Origin: Myxococcota bacterium
GTDB lineage: Bacteria > Myxococcota_A > UBA796 > CAJQPC01
NCBI GenBank assembly: GCA_023150845.1
Contig: JAKLKD010000004.1
Coordinates: forward strand, 1,283 to 65,282
Direction of reading: 5' to 3'
Length of the DNA stretch: 64,000 nt
Positions 46,919 to 57,758 of this stretch are shown here, one piece after another. Below the pieces are notes generated by a model. That model was not told the origin of the DNA and made no database searches. It worked only from the letters and a program-made list of their open reading frames with translations. The position numbers and the translations under genes were made by a program. Within the stretch, counting starts at the first letter, position 1. Each line of letters opens with the position of its first letter.

Positions 46919-47572
46919 CTAAAGCCGCGCCACCGCCCGTGGCAGCTCATCCAGGTGGCTCACGACGGCGTCCGCGCCCATGGTGGCCACGTCGGCGACG
47001 CTGTATCCGTGGCGGATGAGCACGCAGGGCACCCCGGCCGCCTTCGCCGCGCCGAGGTCCGTCGCCGAGTCGCCGATCATCACCGCCTGCCCGCCGCCCA
47101 AGGCCAAGATCACGTCCTGGAGGTGGCGGGGGTCGGGCTTTCGGTAGGGCCGGGCGTCCCCGCCGAGCACCGCGCGGAAGAGGCCCGTCCAGCCCAGGTG
47201 GTCGAGCACCTGAAAGGTCGGGGCGTCGGGCTTGTTTGTGCAGAGGCCGAGCGGCGTCCCCTTGGCGTGTAAGGCGCGCAGGAGCGCGTCGGCGCCGGGG
47301 AACGCCGTCGTGCCCTCGGCCTCCAGCGCCCGGTAGATGTCCAAGAAGCTGCGGCAGACCGCCGAGACGTCCAGCCGGTCCTCGGCGCCGGAGGCCACGA
47401 GCGCCCGCAGCACCAAGGTGAAGGCGCCCTCGCCGATCATGCCCTGCACGGCGTGCAGGCTCAGCGGCGGCAGGTCCACCGTCGCGAGGGTCTTGTTTAA
47501 GGCGAGGGCGATGGACGGGGCGCTGTCCACGAGCGTCCCGTCCAGGTCAAACACCCAGACGTCCGGGCGCAT
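46919..47572 (-). CDS. gph: HAD hydrolase, phosphoglycolate phosphatase-like
   Basis: FDLDGTLVDS, CTNK, KPDP, MIGDS..D. Confidence 0.85.
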   Translation of the reverse strand: MRPDVWVFDLDGTLVDSAPSIALALNKTLATVDLPPLSLHAVQGMIGEGAFTLVLRALVASGAEDRLDVSAVCRSFLDIYRALEAEGTTAFPGADALLRALHAKGTPLGLCTNKPDAPTFQVLDHLGWTGLFRAVLGGDARPYRKPDPRHLQDVILALGGGQAVMIGDSATDLGAAKAAGVPCVLIRHGYSVADVATMGADAVVSHLDELPRAVARL

Positions 47573-47575
47573 CGT

Positions 47576-48325
47576 TCAGCGCGTGGAGCGGAGCGTCGCC
47601 GAGAGCAGGTCGCGGTTCATCCGGGCGATGAAGTTCACGCTGATGCCCTTGGGACAGACGGCCTCACACTCGCCGTGGTTCGTGCAGTGGCCGAAGCCCT
47701 CTTTGTCCATCTGCGCGACCATGTCGAGGGCGCGCTTGTCACGCTCGGGCTGGCCCTGGGGCAAGAGCCCGAGGTGGGACACCTTCGCCGAGGTGAACAG
47801 CATCGCCGCCGCGTTGGGGCAGGCCGCCACGCAGGCGCCGCAGCCGATGCAGGCCGCGGCCTCAAACGCGAGGTCGGCGTTGTCCTTGATGACCGGCGTC
47901 GCGTTCGCCTCGGGCGCCGAGCCCGTGCGCACGGAGACGTAGCCGCCCGCCTGGATGATGCGGTCGAAGGCCGAGCGGTCCACCATGAGGTCGCGCATCA
48001 CCGGGAAGGCCATGGCCCGCCAGGGCTCCAAGGTCAGCTCGTCGCCGTCCTTGAAGGAGCGCATGTGGGTCTGGCAGACGGTGATCTCTTTCTCCGGGCC
48101 GTGGGCCACGCCGTTGATCATGAAGCCGCAGGCGCCGCAGATGCCCTCACGACAGTCGTGGTCGAAGGCGATGGGCTGCTCACCTTTGGACTCCAGACGA
48201 TCGTTGAGCACGTCGAGCATCTCCAGCATCGACATGTCGGCGTTGACCCCATCGACCTCGTATTTGACGAAGGAGCCCGCCGCATCGGGGCCGCTCTGAC
48301 GCCATACGTTGAGGGTGATCTTCAT
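47576..48325 (-). CDS. sdhB: Succinate dehydrogenase/fumarate reductase Fe-S subunit
   Basis: [34 protein letters not shown]. Confidence 0.95.
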   Translation of the reverse strand: MKITLNVWRQSGPDAAGSFVKYEVDGVNADMSMLEMLDVLNDRLESKGEQPIAFDHDCREGICGACGFMINGVAHGPEKEITVCQTHMRSFKDGDELTLEPWRAMAFPVMRDLMVDRSAFDRIIQAGGYVSVRTGSAPEANATPVIKDNADLAFEAAACIGCGACVAACPNAAAMLFTSAKVSHLGLLPQGQPERDKRALDMVAQMDKEGFGHCTNHGECEAVCPKGISVNFIARMNRDLLSATLRSTR

Positions 48326-50253
48326 TTGTAGCTCCGCTGGGTCAGCTTGACGTACTCGAAGTTGAGGGCCTCTTTGTGGAGCGTCGGCGTAGTGTCTACG
48401 CCCTTAAACTCCCAGGCCGCCGTGTGGCAGTAGTTGTCGTCGTCACGAAGGGCCTCGCCGTCCTCGGTCTGGGACTCCTCGCGGAAGTGACCGCCGCAGG
48501 ACTCGGCGCGCTCCAAGGCGTCGAGGCACATGAGCTCGCCGAACTCCAAGAAGTCGGCGACACGACCGGCGCGCTCAAGGGACTGGTTGACGCCCTTGTT
48601 GTCGCCGGGGACGTTCACGTTCTCCCAGAACTCAGCGCGGATCTGGGGGATACGCTTGAGCGCCTCCTCCAGGCCCTCCTTGGTGCGGGACATGCCGCAC
48701 TTGTCCCACATCACGTTGCCCAGCTCGCGGTGGAAGCTGTCCACGGCGCGCTTGCCCTTGATGTTGAGGAGCTTCTGGATGCGGTCGTTCGCCTCACCCT
48801 TCGCGACCTTAAAGGCCTCGTGCTCGGCGTTGATCTGGGAGCCCCAGCCCACCCGGGCGAGGTAGTCAGAGATCGTCGGCGGGGCGACGAAGTAGCCGTC
48901 CGCGAGGCCCTGCATGAGCGCGCTGGCGCCGAGGCGGTTCGCGCCGTGGTCGGAGAAGTTGGCCTCTCCGAGCACAAACAGGCCCTCGATGTTGCTCATG
49001 AGGTTGTAGTCCACCCACAGCCCGCCCATCGTGTAGTGGATGGCGGGGTAGATCCGCATCGGCGTCTCGTAGGGGTTCTCGCCGGTGATCTTGGTGTACA
49101 TGTGGAAGAGGTTGCCGTAGCGCGCCTCGATCGTGGACTTGCCGACGCGTTTGATGGCGTCGCGGAAGTCGAGGTACACCGCCCGGCGCTGCCCATCGAC
49201 CTCATGCCCAACGCCGCGGCCCTCGTCGCAGACGTTCTTCGCGTTGCGGGAGGCGACGTCGCGGGGGACGAGGTTGCCGAAGGACGGGTAGCGGCGCTCC
49301 AGGTAGTAGTCGCGCTGGTCCTCGGAGAGCGAGTTCGGGTCCCGGGTGGCGTCGGCGGCGGACTTGGGCACCCAGACCCGGCCGTCGTTGCGTAAGGACT
49401 CGCTCATCAGGGTGAGCTTCGACTGGTAGCCGCCGGAGACGGGGATGCAGGTCGGGTGAATCTGCGTGTAGCAGGGGTTCGCGAACAGCGCGCCCTTCTT
49501 GTAGGCCTTGTAGGTCGCGGTGACGTTGCAGCCCATGGCGTTCGTGCTCAAGAAGAACACGTTGCCGTAGCCGCCCGTGGCCAAGACGACGGCGTCGCCC
49601 ACCCAGCTCTCCAGCTCCCCCGTGGCGAGGTTGCGGGTGATGATGCCCCGGGCGCGGCCGTCGATGACGACGAGGTCGAGCATCTCGGTGCGGGTGTGGA
49701 GCTTCACCGTGCCCGCCTGGACCTGGCGAGAGAGCGCGGAGTACGCGCCGAGGAGGAGCTGCTGCCCGGTCTGACCGCGGGCGTAGAAGGTGCGGGCCAC
49801 CTGGGCGCCGCCGAAGGAGCGGTTGTCGAGGAGGCCGCCGTACTCACGGGCGAAAGGAACGCCCTGGGCCACGGCCTGGTCGATGATGTTGACGCTGATC
49901 TCGGCGAGGCGGTGGACGTTACGCTCACGGGAGCGGTAGTCGCCGCCCTTCACCGTGTCGTAGAACAGGCGGTGGATGCTGTCGCCGTCGTTCTGGTAGT
50001 TCTTCGCCGCGTTGATGCCGCCCTGGGCGGCGATGGAGTGGGCCCGCCGCGCGCTGTCCTGGTAACAGAAGGCGTGCACGTTGAAGCCGAGCTCACCCAT
50101 GGTGGCCGCGCAGGCCGCCCCGGCGAGGCCCGTGCCGACGACGAGCACGTTGTACTTGCGGCGGTTCGCCGGGTTCACCAGCTTCATGTTGAAGCGATGG
50201 CGATCCCAGGCGGTCTCGATGGGCCCGGAGGGGCATTTTCCGTCAAGGGTCAT
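48322..50253 (-). CDS. sdhA: Succinate dehydrogenase/fumarate reductase flavoprotein
   Basis: [49 protein letters not shown]. Confidence 0.96.
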   Translation of the reverse strand: MTLDGKCPSGPIETAWDRHRFNMKLVNPANRRKYNVLVVGTGLAGAACAATMGELGFNVHAFCYQDSARRAHSIAAQGGINAAKNYQNDGDSIHRLFYDTVKGGDYRSRERNVHRLAEISVNIIDQAVAQGVPFAREYGGLLDNRSFGGAQVARTFYARGQTGQQLLLGAYSALSRQVQAGTVKLHTRTEMLDLVVIDGRARGIITRNLATGELESWVGDAVVLATGGYGNVFFLSTNAMGCNVTATYKAYKKGALFANPCYTQIHPTCIPVSGGYQSKLTLMSESLRNDGRVWVPKSAADATRDPNSLSEDQRDYYLERRYPSFGNLVPRDVASRNAKNVCDEGRGVGHEVDGQRRAVYLDFRDAIKRVGKSTIEARYGNLFHMYTKITGENPYETPMRIYPAIHYTMGGLWVDYNLMSNIEGLFVLGEANFSDHGANRLGASALMQGLADGYFVAPPTISDYLARVGWGSQINAEHEAFKVAKGEANDRIQKLLNIKGKRAVDSFHRELGNVMWDKCGMSRTKEGLEEALKRIPQIRAEFWENVNVPGDNKGVNQSLERAGRVADFLEFGELMCLDALERAESCGGHFREESQTEDGEALRDDDNYCHTAAWEFKGVDTTPTLHKEALNFEYVKLTQRSYK

Positions 50254-50271
50254 GGTTGCATCCTCCAGGGA

Positions 50272-50952
50272 TCAGCGGTGAATGACGCCGGAGAGCACGG
50301 CGATGGGCACGGACGAGAAGCCAACGGTGAGCACGATGGCCAAGGTCCAGGCCGCGCGCTCACGGAGCTGGTTGTACTTGGGATGGTTCAAGCCCATGGA
50401 CTGAAACATCGACCAGGCGCCGTGGGAGAGGTGGAAGACCAGGGACAACATCGCCACCAGGTAGACGACGACGTTCACCGGGTTGGAGAAGCCCTCGACC
50501 ACCATCCGGAAGGCGTCATGGCGCCCTTGGGCGTCGTGATAGCCGCTGAACTCAGGGTTCGTGAGGTGGAGGGTGTAGTGGGCCAGGTGGTACACGATGA
50601 AGCCCAAGAGGTAGATCCCGCCGAAGCGGATGGTCCGCGAGGCGTAGGTGCTGCGCTGGGGCTGCCACTTGGAGTACGCCGCGGGGCGCGCGTCGTTGCT
50701 GCGCTTGATGAGCTGGAAGGCCGTCAAGAAGTGCAGCGGGATCACCGTCAGCAGCAAGAGCCGGGTGCCCCAGAGGAGCGGCGGGTTGCCCTTGAGGGTG
50801 GCCGCGTAGTTGTTGAAGGTGTCCTCACCAAAGAAGGCGAGGAGGTTCCCCGCCATGTGGCCGAGGGTGAACCCGAAGATGATGAGGCCCGTGATCGCCA
50901 TGACGGCTTTTTTGCCGATGGTGGAGGCGTAGAGGCTCTGCAACCAGCTCAT
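50272..50952 (-). CDS. sdhC: Succinate dehydrogenase cytochrome b subunit (5-TM type)
   Basis: STIGKK.VMAITG, HMAGNL, HLAHY, HLSHG..S.FQS.G; heme-ligand His residues. Confidence 0.92.
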   Translation of the reverse strand: MSWLQSLYASTIGKKAVMAITGLIIFGFTLGHMAGNLLAFFGEDTFNNYAATLKGNPPLLWGTRLLLLTVIPLHFLTAFQLIKRSNDARPAAYSKWQPQRSTYASRTIRFGGIYLLGFIVYHLAHYTLHLTNPEFSGYHDAQGRHDAFRMVVEGFSNPVNVVVYLVAMLSLVFHLSHGAWSMFQSMGLNHPKYNQLRERAAWTLAIVLTVGFSSVPIAVLSGVIHR

Positions 50953-51030
50953 CTGAACTCCGAAGAGTGCGGTGCATGGAACAGCTAACGGATGAAGGGG
51001 GGGTCGGACAACACGCCCGAACCCAGAAGC

Positions 51031-53160
51031 TCAGAAGCCCAGCTCCTTGACCAGCGCCGCGGCGCCCTCGACCTCCTCGAGGGTCCACAGCAGATAGCGC
51101 ACATCCACATGGATGGTGCGGGTGAGGGCGGGGTTGAAGATCCAGTCGGCGCTCATCGACTCGTAGTTGCCGTCGAAGACCAGGCCGACGAGCTCACCTT
51201 TGTGGTTCAGCGTCGCCGAGCCGGAGTTGCCGCCGGTGGTGTCGAGGTCGGAGAGGAAGTCCACGGGGACGTGGCCGAGGGCGGGATCAACCCAGCGGGA
51301 GGAGGACTCCCGGGCCGCGGCGGCGATGAGGCGCTCCGGGGCGTTGAAGGGCGCCGGGCCCGCCTTGGCGACCACGCCGGGCACCGTCGTCTGGGGGGTG
51401 TAGAGCACGCCGTCAGCGGGGCTGTAGCCCTTCACCGCGCCGAAGGTCCAGCGCAGGGTGTTGTTCGCGTCGGGGTAGAAGGCGCTCGCGCGGACGGCCC
51501 GGGCGGCCTCCATGTACAGCGGCTCCAGGCGCAGCCGGGCCCCGGCGATGGCGTCGTCGCGGTCGCGGCGCGGGGCGAGCCAGCCCTCCAAGGCCAGGGC
51601 GAGCTGCACCCAGGGGTCCGTCGAGGCCTGGACCTGCTTGAGTGGCGCGTTGAACAGGGCCTTGCGGGCGGCGGCGTCCACCAAGGCGGGGCTCGTGTAG
51701 AGCAGGGCGAGGGTCTTGTCGATCCCGCCGTGGGCCTCGACGAAGGCCTGCAGGGGGACGATGCGCTCGGCCTCGGGCAAGGCCGCGTTCTTGCGCAGGC
51801 CCAGCTCGACGAGGCGGCGCTCAGCGGGGATCCAGAGGCTGTCGTCTACCCCGTAGAGGCCGTCGAGGAGGTCGTCCTGGTCACGCTCCTGGAAGCCCTG
51901 GTCCCGCTTGAGGTCTGGCTTGGTGCGCTCGGTCACCGCGCGCAGCGCCGTGTGGGCCGAGGTGAGCAGGTCGGAGCTGAACATCAGCCAGAGCACCTCC
52001 CCGGCGGCGCGCTCGGCCCGCTCCTCGGCGCTGATGCGCTCCAGCTCGGCCAAGGCGGCGACGTGGGCGGCCCGGGACGGGTCGGCGGCGGCCCAGGCGG
52101 CGATGGCCTTGGCCTCGGCCTCCCGCTGGGCGAGGATGGGGCTCGCCTCTAAGTTGTCGAGGAGCCCGGTGACGTACTTCTGGTAGTTCGCCAGGCTGTC
52201 GATGGGCGCGGCGAGGCGAGCGGCGCCTTCGGGGTCCCGGGCGGACTCCTCCCGGAGCACGGTGAGCATCTCCTCCAGGAGCGCGGCGCTCGCGGGGAGC
52301 TCCACCTCGGCCTTATGACGCTGATCCGCGTAGCGCCCGTAACGCTCCGTCGAGCCCGGGTAGCCCGCGGCCATCACGAAGTCGCCGGGCTTCACGCCCT
52401 CGGCGCTCACCTTGAGGTGGTGGGGCGGGCGATAGGGCACGTTGTTCGGCCCGGCGTCGAGCTGGCCCTCGGGGCCGACGTAGACCCGGATCAGGGCGAA
52501 GTCCCCGGCGTGGCGGGGCCACATCCAGTTGTCGATCTCCCCGCCGTAGGAGCCCACGGACTCCGGCGGGGCGTAGACCACCCGGACGTCCTTGTGCTCG
52601 CGGTAGGTGATGAGGCGGAAGGCGCGGCCGTGGTCGTCGGCGACGACCTCACAGCGGCGCCCGGCGGTGGCCTCACAGGCGGCGATGAGCTGCTTCTGGG
52701 CCTTGTCGGCGGCCTCAAAGCGGGCGAGGTCGGTCTTGGCCTTCTTCGCCGGGCCGTGGACCTTGGCGGTGACGTCCACGATGCCCTCGACGACGTACAC
52801 CCGAGCCCCGGGGCCGCCGGGGAGCTCCTCGGCGCGGGTCTTGGCGACGTGGCCGTCCCGGGCGCGGTTCTGCTCGGCGGTGGAGTTCGCCTGGAGCAGC
52901 GCCGAGACGCAGTGGTGGTTCGTGACCACGAGGCCGTCGGCGGAGACGAAGGCGCCCGAGCAGTACCCGCCGACGGAGACGATCGCCCCCAAAGGCGCCG
53001 CCCCGGGGTCGGCGAGCTGGGCGGGCGAGAGGCTGAGGCCCATCTCTTTGAGCGTCTCCGCCGGGGGGAGGGCCTCCGGGGGCCACATGCCTTCAGCGGC
53101 GAGGCCCAAGGCCGGGATAGCGGCGCAGAGGAGCATCCCAAAGGCGCGGGGACGGTTCAT
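51031..53160 (-). CDS. S46 family dipeptidyl peptidase
   Basis: EGMW, CSGAFVS..GLV.TNHHC, DNWMWPRHAGDF, GYPGST, DANNTLR, DTTGGNSGS, FDGNYE. Confidence 0.93.
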   Translation of the reverse strand: MNRPRAFGMLLCAAIPALGLAAEGMWPPEALPPAETLKEMGLSLSPAQLADPGAAPLGAIVSVGGYCSGAFVSADGLVVTNHHCVSALLQANSTAEQNRARDGHVAKTRAEELPGGPGARVYVVEGIVDVTAKVHGPAKKAKTDLARFEAADKAQKQLIAACEATAGRRCEVVADDHGRAFRLITYREHKDVRVVYAPPESVGSYGGEIDNWMWPRHAGDFALIRVYVGPEGQLDAGPNNVPYRPPHHLKVSAEGVKPGDFVMAAGYPGSTERYGRYADQRHKAEVELPASAALLEEMLTVLREESARDPEGAARLAAPIDSLANYQKYVTGLLDNLEASPILAQREAEAKAIAAWAAADPSRAAHVAALAELERISAEERAERAAGEVLWLMFSSDLLTSAHTALRAVTERTKPDLKRDQGFQERDQDDLLDGLYGVDDSLWIPAERRLVELGLRKNAALPEAERIVPLQAFVEAHGGIDKTLALLYTSPALVDAAARKALFNAPLKQVQASTDPWVQLALALEGWLAPRRDRDDAIAGARLRLEPLYMEAARAVRASAFYPDANNTLRWTFGAVKGYSPADGVLYTPQTTVPGVVAKAGPAPFNAPERLIAAAARESSSRWVDPALGHVPVDFLSDLDTTGGNSGSATLNHKGELVGLVFDGNYESMSADWIFNPALTRTIHVDVRYLLWTLEEVEGAAALVKELGF

Positions 53161-53318
53161 CGACGGCAGCTCCAGGGGGGTTGCTGCGCAGCAATAACCT
53201 CCCGGCGGCCGAGGTGAGGGCCGAGATTCCGCGCCGCGACGCCGAAGCGTGGCCGCGCGCCGGTGAGGATCCCGTGGCGGCCGTCGTCCTCAGCGGGCGG
53301 CGACCTCCAGGCGCCCGC

Positions 53319-54473
53319 TTAAAACCGAACGGTGACCACGCCGCCGTTGTGGGTCGGGGTGATCATCACGTCGCTGTCTTTCGCGGGGATCACGAGGAAG
53401 CTGATCACCGCGGCGCCCGCGGCCACGCCGCCCAAGGCGTAGCCGGTCATCATCGACTTACGCAGGGGGTCCACCACGTCGTTCTTCCAGCCCTGGGCCT
53501 TGTTGGAGCCCGCGGCGAGGAGCGCCTCGTAGTTCGCCTGCTCGGCCCGGTAGGCCGGGGCGACGGACGCGCCGTAGATGATGCCGCCCACGGCGCCAGC
53601 GCCGAAGCCGGTCACGACCAGGGCCCGCACCGGGGCGCCGCCGCCCTCACGCTCGTCGTCCCGGGCGTTGCTGTTCGAGCCGCCGCGGGGGTAGTCGATG
53701 TCCTCGTCCTCGTCGAGCTCGTCGGGGTCGCGCTCGTAGTCCTCGTCCTCCTCGTAGTCGTCGAAGTCGGGCTCCTCGTCGATGGGCTCCTCGTCCTCGT
53801 CGATGGGCTCCTCGTCCTCTTCGTCCTCCTCGGGCTCCTCCTCGTAGTCGTCGCGGCCGCCGCGGGAGGGGGGCTCGTCGGGCTCGTCCAAGGAGTCGAG
53901 CTCATCGTCGCCAGCGTCGGGCTCCGACATCGGCTCGTCGTCCTCGTCCTCCTCCACCGGGCGGGGCGGCGGCTTGGGGGCGGGGGTCGAGATGTCGGCG
54001 GCGGTCATGGCCACGTCGAGGTTCACACGTTTGGCCGAGGTGACGATGACCTTCGTGGTGAAGGGCTCGTAGCCCGGGGCCTCGATCTCGACGGTGCGGG
54101 CGCCGCAGCGCAGAGAGACGCCCTCATCGACCCGGGCGACCTCGGCGCCGTCGATGACGACCTCGGCGCCGTTCGGGAGGTTCTTGAAGCGCAGCATGCC
54201 GGTGCCGCCAACGTTCTGGAGCGGCAGCTCAACCACCGTGGTCTGGCCGTCGGTGACGTCTACCGTGGCCGAGCCGACCATACAGCCGTACTCCAGCTCC
54301 AGCTGGTGGCTGCCGACGGGCACATCGCTGAGCACGGCCGGGGCCTTGACGCCCGTGGGGATGCCGTCGAGGATGATCTCGCCCGGGGCGTTCGACACCT
54401 TGACGTCTACGGAGCCCGAAGCAGCCCAAGCCGCCGAGGGGAAGAGAGCGAGTCCCAGAATCAGCGCGCGCAC
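53319..54473 (-). CDS. PEGA-domain exported protein with acidic linker and C-terminal membrane/beta segment
   Basis: Signal peptide after GGAGG-GTG; two PEGA-like units (GEIILDG..G.H.L; GAEVVIDG..APGY); D/E-rich linker. Confidence 0.75.
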   Translation of the reverse strand: MRALILGLALFPSAAWAASGSVDVKVSNAPGEIILDGIPTGVKAPAVLSDVPVGSHQLELEYGCMVGSATVDVTDGQTTVVELPLQNVGGTGMLRFKNLPNGAEVVIDGAEVARVDEGVSLRCGARTVEIEAPGYEPFTTKVIVTSAKRVNLDVAMTAADISTPAPKPPPRPVEEDEDDEPMSEPDAGDDELDSLDEPDEPPSRGGRDDYEEEPEEDEEDEEPIDEDEEPIDEEPDFDDYEEDEDYERDPDELDEDEDIDYPRGGSNSNARDDEREGGGAPVRALVVTGFGAGAVGGIIYGASVAPAYRAEQANYEALLAAGSNKAQGWKNDVVDPLRKSMMTGYALGGVAAGAAVISFLVIPAKDSDVMITPTHNGGVVTVRF

Positions 54474-54666
54474 GGCAGCGACCTCCACGATCGCCCTCCA
54501 GTCCAAGGGAAGGCGGCGAGAGCTTATAGCACCTCTGGGCCTAGGTCTGTCACTCTGGGCGTGTGATCACGATCGCCCGATCCCCCGGGCGACGACGCGG
54601 TCAGTTCGCGCTTGCGCCGAGACGATCCCTCGTTCACAATGGTCCATTCAACGAGAGGCCGTCCCT

Positions 54667-55899
54667 ATGCTCCTCTTCGCCCTCTTGCCCGCCGCGCTCG
54701 CCTACGAGTCAGACACCCACACGCTCCTCTACGACGACCTCCTCGCGGTGTTTGACCCCGTCGAGTACGACAGCGGCTGGGTGCCGTCGGGCTCCCCCGT
54801 CGCCGTGGCGTTCCGGATCAACGCTGAAGGCGGCGCCTACACCCAGATGGACGGCGAGACGGGCCTCACCTGGCCCACGGCGCTCACCCAGAACTTCGTC
54901 GCCTACGAAGAGGGCGGGCTCTTCGCCCTGGACGCCTCGATCGTCGCGTCCGTCGATATGAAGATCGACCTCTGGGGCATCTACTGGGAGGACGCCCTGG
55001 CCGAGGCCGGGGACAGCTTCTACGGCGAGGCCGTCTTCACGCCGTGGCTCTTGCCCGGCGGGGAGCTGGAGGCCGTCGAGGCCGCCGCCGAGGGCACCGA
55101 CCGCGAGCTGTTCAACCTCGAGTACGACATCTTCTCCGGCGTCGGCATCTACCTCAACGGCGCCTTGCGCCCCGACGCCCGGGCGAGCTTGCGCGGCGTA
55201 CGCTTCAGCGCCGGGGACGGCGTGGCTGAAGAGGACGGCGCGACGATCCTCCACGAGATCCCCGACACCAGCAGCCTCAACCTCTACACGACGCTCACCA
55301 CGGCCTTCACCGCCGGGCTCGACCTCGTCATCGTGCCGACCTTCGGAGTCTGCGCCTCGGTGTTCGGCTGCTACGACGTCGCGAGCTTCGACATCCCTGT
55401 GTCGCTCATCGACGCCGAGGGGGAGCACGACCTGCCCTCGGCGCTGACGACCTTCCCCTTGCCCCGGCTCACCATCGCCGAGACGACCCACAGCTTCGGC
55501 GAGGTCGAGATCGGCCAGATCGCCACCTGGGAGCTCGCCCTCGGGAACGAGGGGGATCAAGTGCTGGAGGGCATCGTCGGCACCTACGGCCCCGGCGAGT
55601 TCACGGTCTTCCCCGGCCAGATCTACATCGCCCCCGGCGGCATGGACGGTGTGGTGATCACCTTCGCCCCGACCGTCGAGGGGGTGCAGGAGATCGAGCT
55701 CGTGCTCGTGAGCTCGGATCCGTCCCAGCCGGAGCTGCGCCTGACCGTGTCGGGCGCCGGGGTCGCGCCGCCGATGCCCGTGATCTCCGCCGAGGTCGGC
55801 ACCTGCGGCTGCGCCGCGTCGGACCCCGAGAGCCTCGGGACCGTGGGCCTGCTCGCGGCCTTGGGCGCCCTGCTCGCCCGTCGCCGCCGCGCCCCTTGA
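54667..55899 (+). CDS. Exported protein with Ig-like (choice-of-anchor D-like) domain and MYXO-CTERM tail
   Basis: Signal peptide; FGEVEIG..N.G..L..FAPT..G..SSDP..P; C-terminal GTCGCA...LLAALGALLARRRR. Confidence 0.75.
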   Translation: MLLFALLPAALAYESDTHTLLYDDLLAVFDPVEYDSGWVPSGSPVAVAFRINAEGGAYTQMDGETGLTWPTALTQNFVAYEEGGLFALDASIVASVDMKIDLWGIYWEDALAEAGDSFYGEAVFTPWLLPGGELEAVEAAAEGTDRELFNLEYDIFSGVGIYLNGALRPDARASLRGVRFSAGDGVAEEDGATILHEIPDTSSLNLYTTLTTAFTAGLDLVIVPTFGVCASVFGCYDVASFDIPVSLIDAEGEHDLPSALTTFPLPRLTIAETTHSFGEVEIGQIATWELALGNEGDQVLEGIVGTYGPGEFTVFPGQIYIAPGGMDGVVITFAPTVEGVQEIELVLVSSDPSQPELRLTVSGAGVAPPMPVISAEVGTCGCAASDPESLGTVGLLAALGALLARRRRAP

Positions 55900-55983
55900 A
55901 TAGCCGAGGCGCCCTCGGTGTCCCAGGGTGGGCCGACCTCGGCTATGCTGCCAAGACCTGACCCACCGACCGGAGAGCCGACC

Positions 55984-56352
55984 ATGACCCGCGCCGCCTC
56001 GCTGTTCTTCGCCGCCGTGGCCCTCGCCGCCGCCGTCACGGTCGCTGGGCTCTCCGAGGCCCAGGCCCAAGACCCCGCCGTGCAAGGGAAGAAGGTCTAC
56101 GACGCGAACTGTATGGCCTGCCACGGCGCGAAGGGCGACGGCAAGGGCCCCGCCGCCGTGGCCTTGAACCCCAAGCCCACGAGCTTCACCGCGCCGGAGT
56201 TCTGGAAGGGCAAGACGGACGAGGCGCTCAAGACCTCGATCAAGGCGGGCAAGCCGGGCACCCCGATGGCGCCGTTCCCCCAGCTCAAGGACGCTGACCT
56301 GAGCGCGCTCATCGTCTACCTGCGGTCCTTCGGCGGCGCCGCAGCCCAGTGA
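55984..56352 (+). CDS. Monoheme c-type cytochrome
   Basis: Signal peptide, CMACHG, GKPGTPM distal Met. Confidence 0.9.
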   Translation: MTRAASLFFAAVALAAAVTVAGLSEAQAQDPAVQGKKVYDANCMACHGAKGDGKGPAAVALNPKPTSFTAPEFWKGKTDEALKTSIKAGKPGTPMAPFPQLKDADLSALIVYLRSFGGAAAQ

Positions 56353-57716
56353 GCGCCGCGCCGAGCCCGCCCATCTCCCGTGACGAGGCGCTCCGCTGCT
56401 GGGCCCACATCGCCACGCACAGCTTCGGCGGCCCGGCGGGGCAGATCGCGGTGATGCACCGGGCGATCGTCGTCGAGCGGCGCTGGCTCTCCGAGTCGCG
56501 CTTCATGCACGCCTTGAGCTACTGCACGCTCTTGCCCGGCCCCGAGGCGATGCAGCTCGTGACCTACCTCGGCTGGCTCCTGCACGGCGTGCGCGGCGGG
56601 CTCGTCGCCGGGGGCCTCTTTGTGCTGCCGGGCTTCCTCTCCATCTTCGCGCTCAGCGTGCTCTACGTCTCGTTGGGGAGCGTGCCCGCCGTGGCGGGGC
56701 TCTTCTTCGGGCTCAAGGCCGCCGTGCTCGCCCTGGTCGTCGAGGCCATGATCCGCATCGGCCGCCGGGTGCTCAAGACGCCGACCTTGGTGGGCCTCGC
56801 CGCCGTCGCCGCCGTCGGCATGTGGGCCTGGCAGGCGCCCTTCGTCGGGGTCGTGGTCTGCGCCGGGCTCCTCGGGCTCGCGCTGGGCCGCCTGGCGCCG
56901 GGGCAGGTGCTCGTCGAGCCCACCAAAGAGGCCGCCGCGGCCGAGGGGCCGACGCCGCCCATCGACGCCTGGATTCAGTCCGGCGGGGCGCCACACACCC
57001 GCCCCGACCTCCGCCGGGCGGCCCTCACCGCCGCGGTGTGGCTCGTCATCTGGCTCGCGCCCCTCGCCGTCGTGGGGTTCAGCCTGGGCTGGGACCACAC
57101 CCTCGCCGAGGTCGGGGTGATGTTCTCCAAGGCGGCGACGGTGACCTTCGGCGGGGCCTACGCCGTGCTCGCCCTCGTCGCCCAAGAGGCCGTCGAGGTG
57201 AAGGGCTGGCTCACGGCGGGGCAGATGCTCGACGGCCTGGGCCTCGCGGAGACCACGCCGGGGCCCCTCATCCAGGTGGTGCAGCACGTCGGCTTCATGG
57301 CAGGCTATGGCCACCCCGAGGGCCTGAGCCCCTGGGTCGCCGGGTCGCTGGGGGCCCTGCTCACCACACACGTCACCTTCGCGCCCTGCTTCTTGTGGAT
57401 CTTCACCGGGGCGCCCTGGGTCGAGGCGGCCCGGGGGGTCGTCGCGCTGCGGGCGGCGCTCACCGCGGTGACGGCGGCGGTCTGCGGCGGCGTGCTGCAG
57501 CTCGCGGTGTGGCTCGCCACCCACACGCTCTTCGCCGAGGTGCGCCGGGTGGAGGGGCCATTTGGGCTGAGCGCCGAGCTGCCGAGCCTCGGGAGCGTCG
57601 ATGGGATCGCCCTCGGACTCGCCTTGGGCTCGGGCCTCGCCTTGGCCTCCCACCGCCTCAGCCTGACCACGGTGCTCGCCTTGGCCGCCATCGGTGGTCT
57701 TGTCAGCCGTTTGTGA
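56349..57716 (+). CDS. chrA: Chromate efflux transporter
   Basis: SFGGPAGQIAVMH, LPGPEAMQL..Y.GW, TFGGAYAVL, GLGLAETTPGPLI. Confidence 0.93.
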   Translation: MSAAPSPPISRDEALRCWAHIATHSFGGPAGQIAVMHRAIVVERRWLSESRFMHALSYCTLLPGPEAMQLVTYLGWLLHGVRGGLVAGGLFVLPGFLSIFALSVLYVSLGSVPAVAGLFFGLKAAVLALVVEAMIRIGRRVLKTPTLVGLAAVAAVGMWAWQAPFVGVVVCAGLLGLALGRLAPGQVLVEPTKEAAAAEGPTPPIDAWIQSGGAPHTRPDLRRAALTAAVWLVIWLAPLAVVGFSLGWDHTLAEVGVMFSKAATVTFGGAYAVLALVAQEAVEVKGWLTAGQMLDGLGLAETTPGPLIQVVQHVGFMAGYGHPEGLSPWVAGSLGALLTTHVTFAPCFLWIFTGAPWVEAARGVVALRAALTAVTAAVCGGVLQLAVWLATHTLFAEVRRVEGPFGLSAELPSLGSVDGIALGLALGSGLALASHRLSLTTVLALAAIGGLVSRL

Positions 57717-57758
57717 GATCGTTGACACCCCACCCGGCGGGCATCTAAAGCCCAAAGG

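Noticed and set aside
53690-53960. Low-complexity TCG/TCC tract as a satellite
   Set aside because: Encodes the D/E-rich linker of the PEGA protein.
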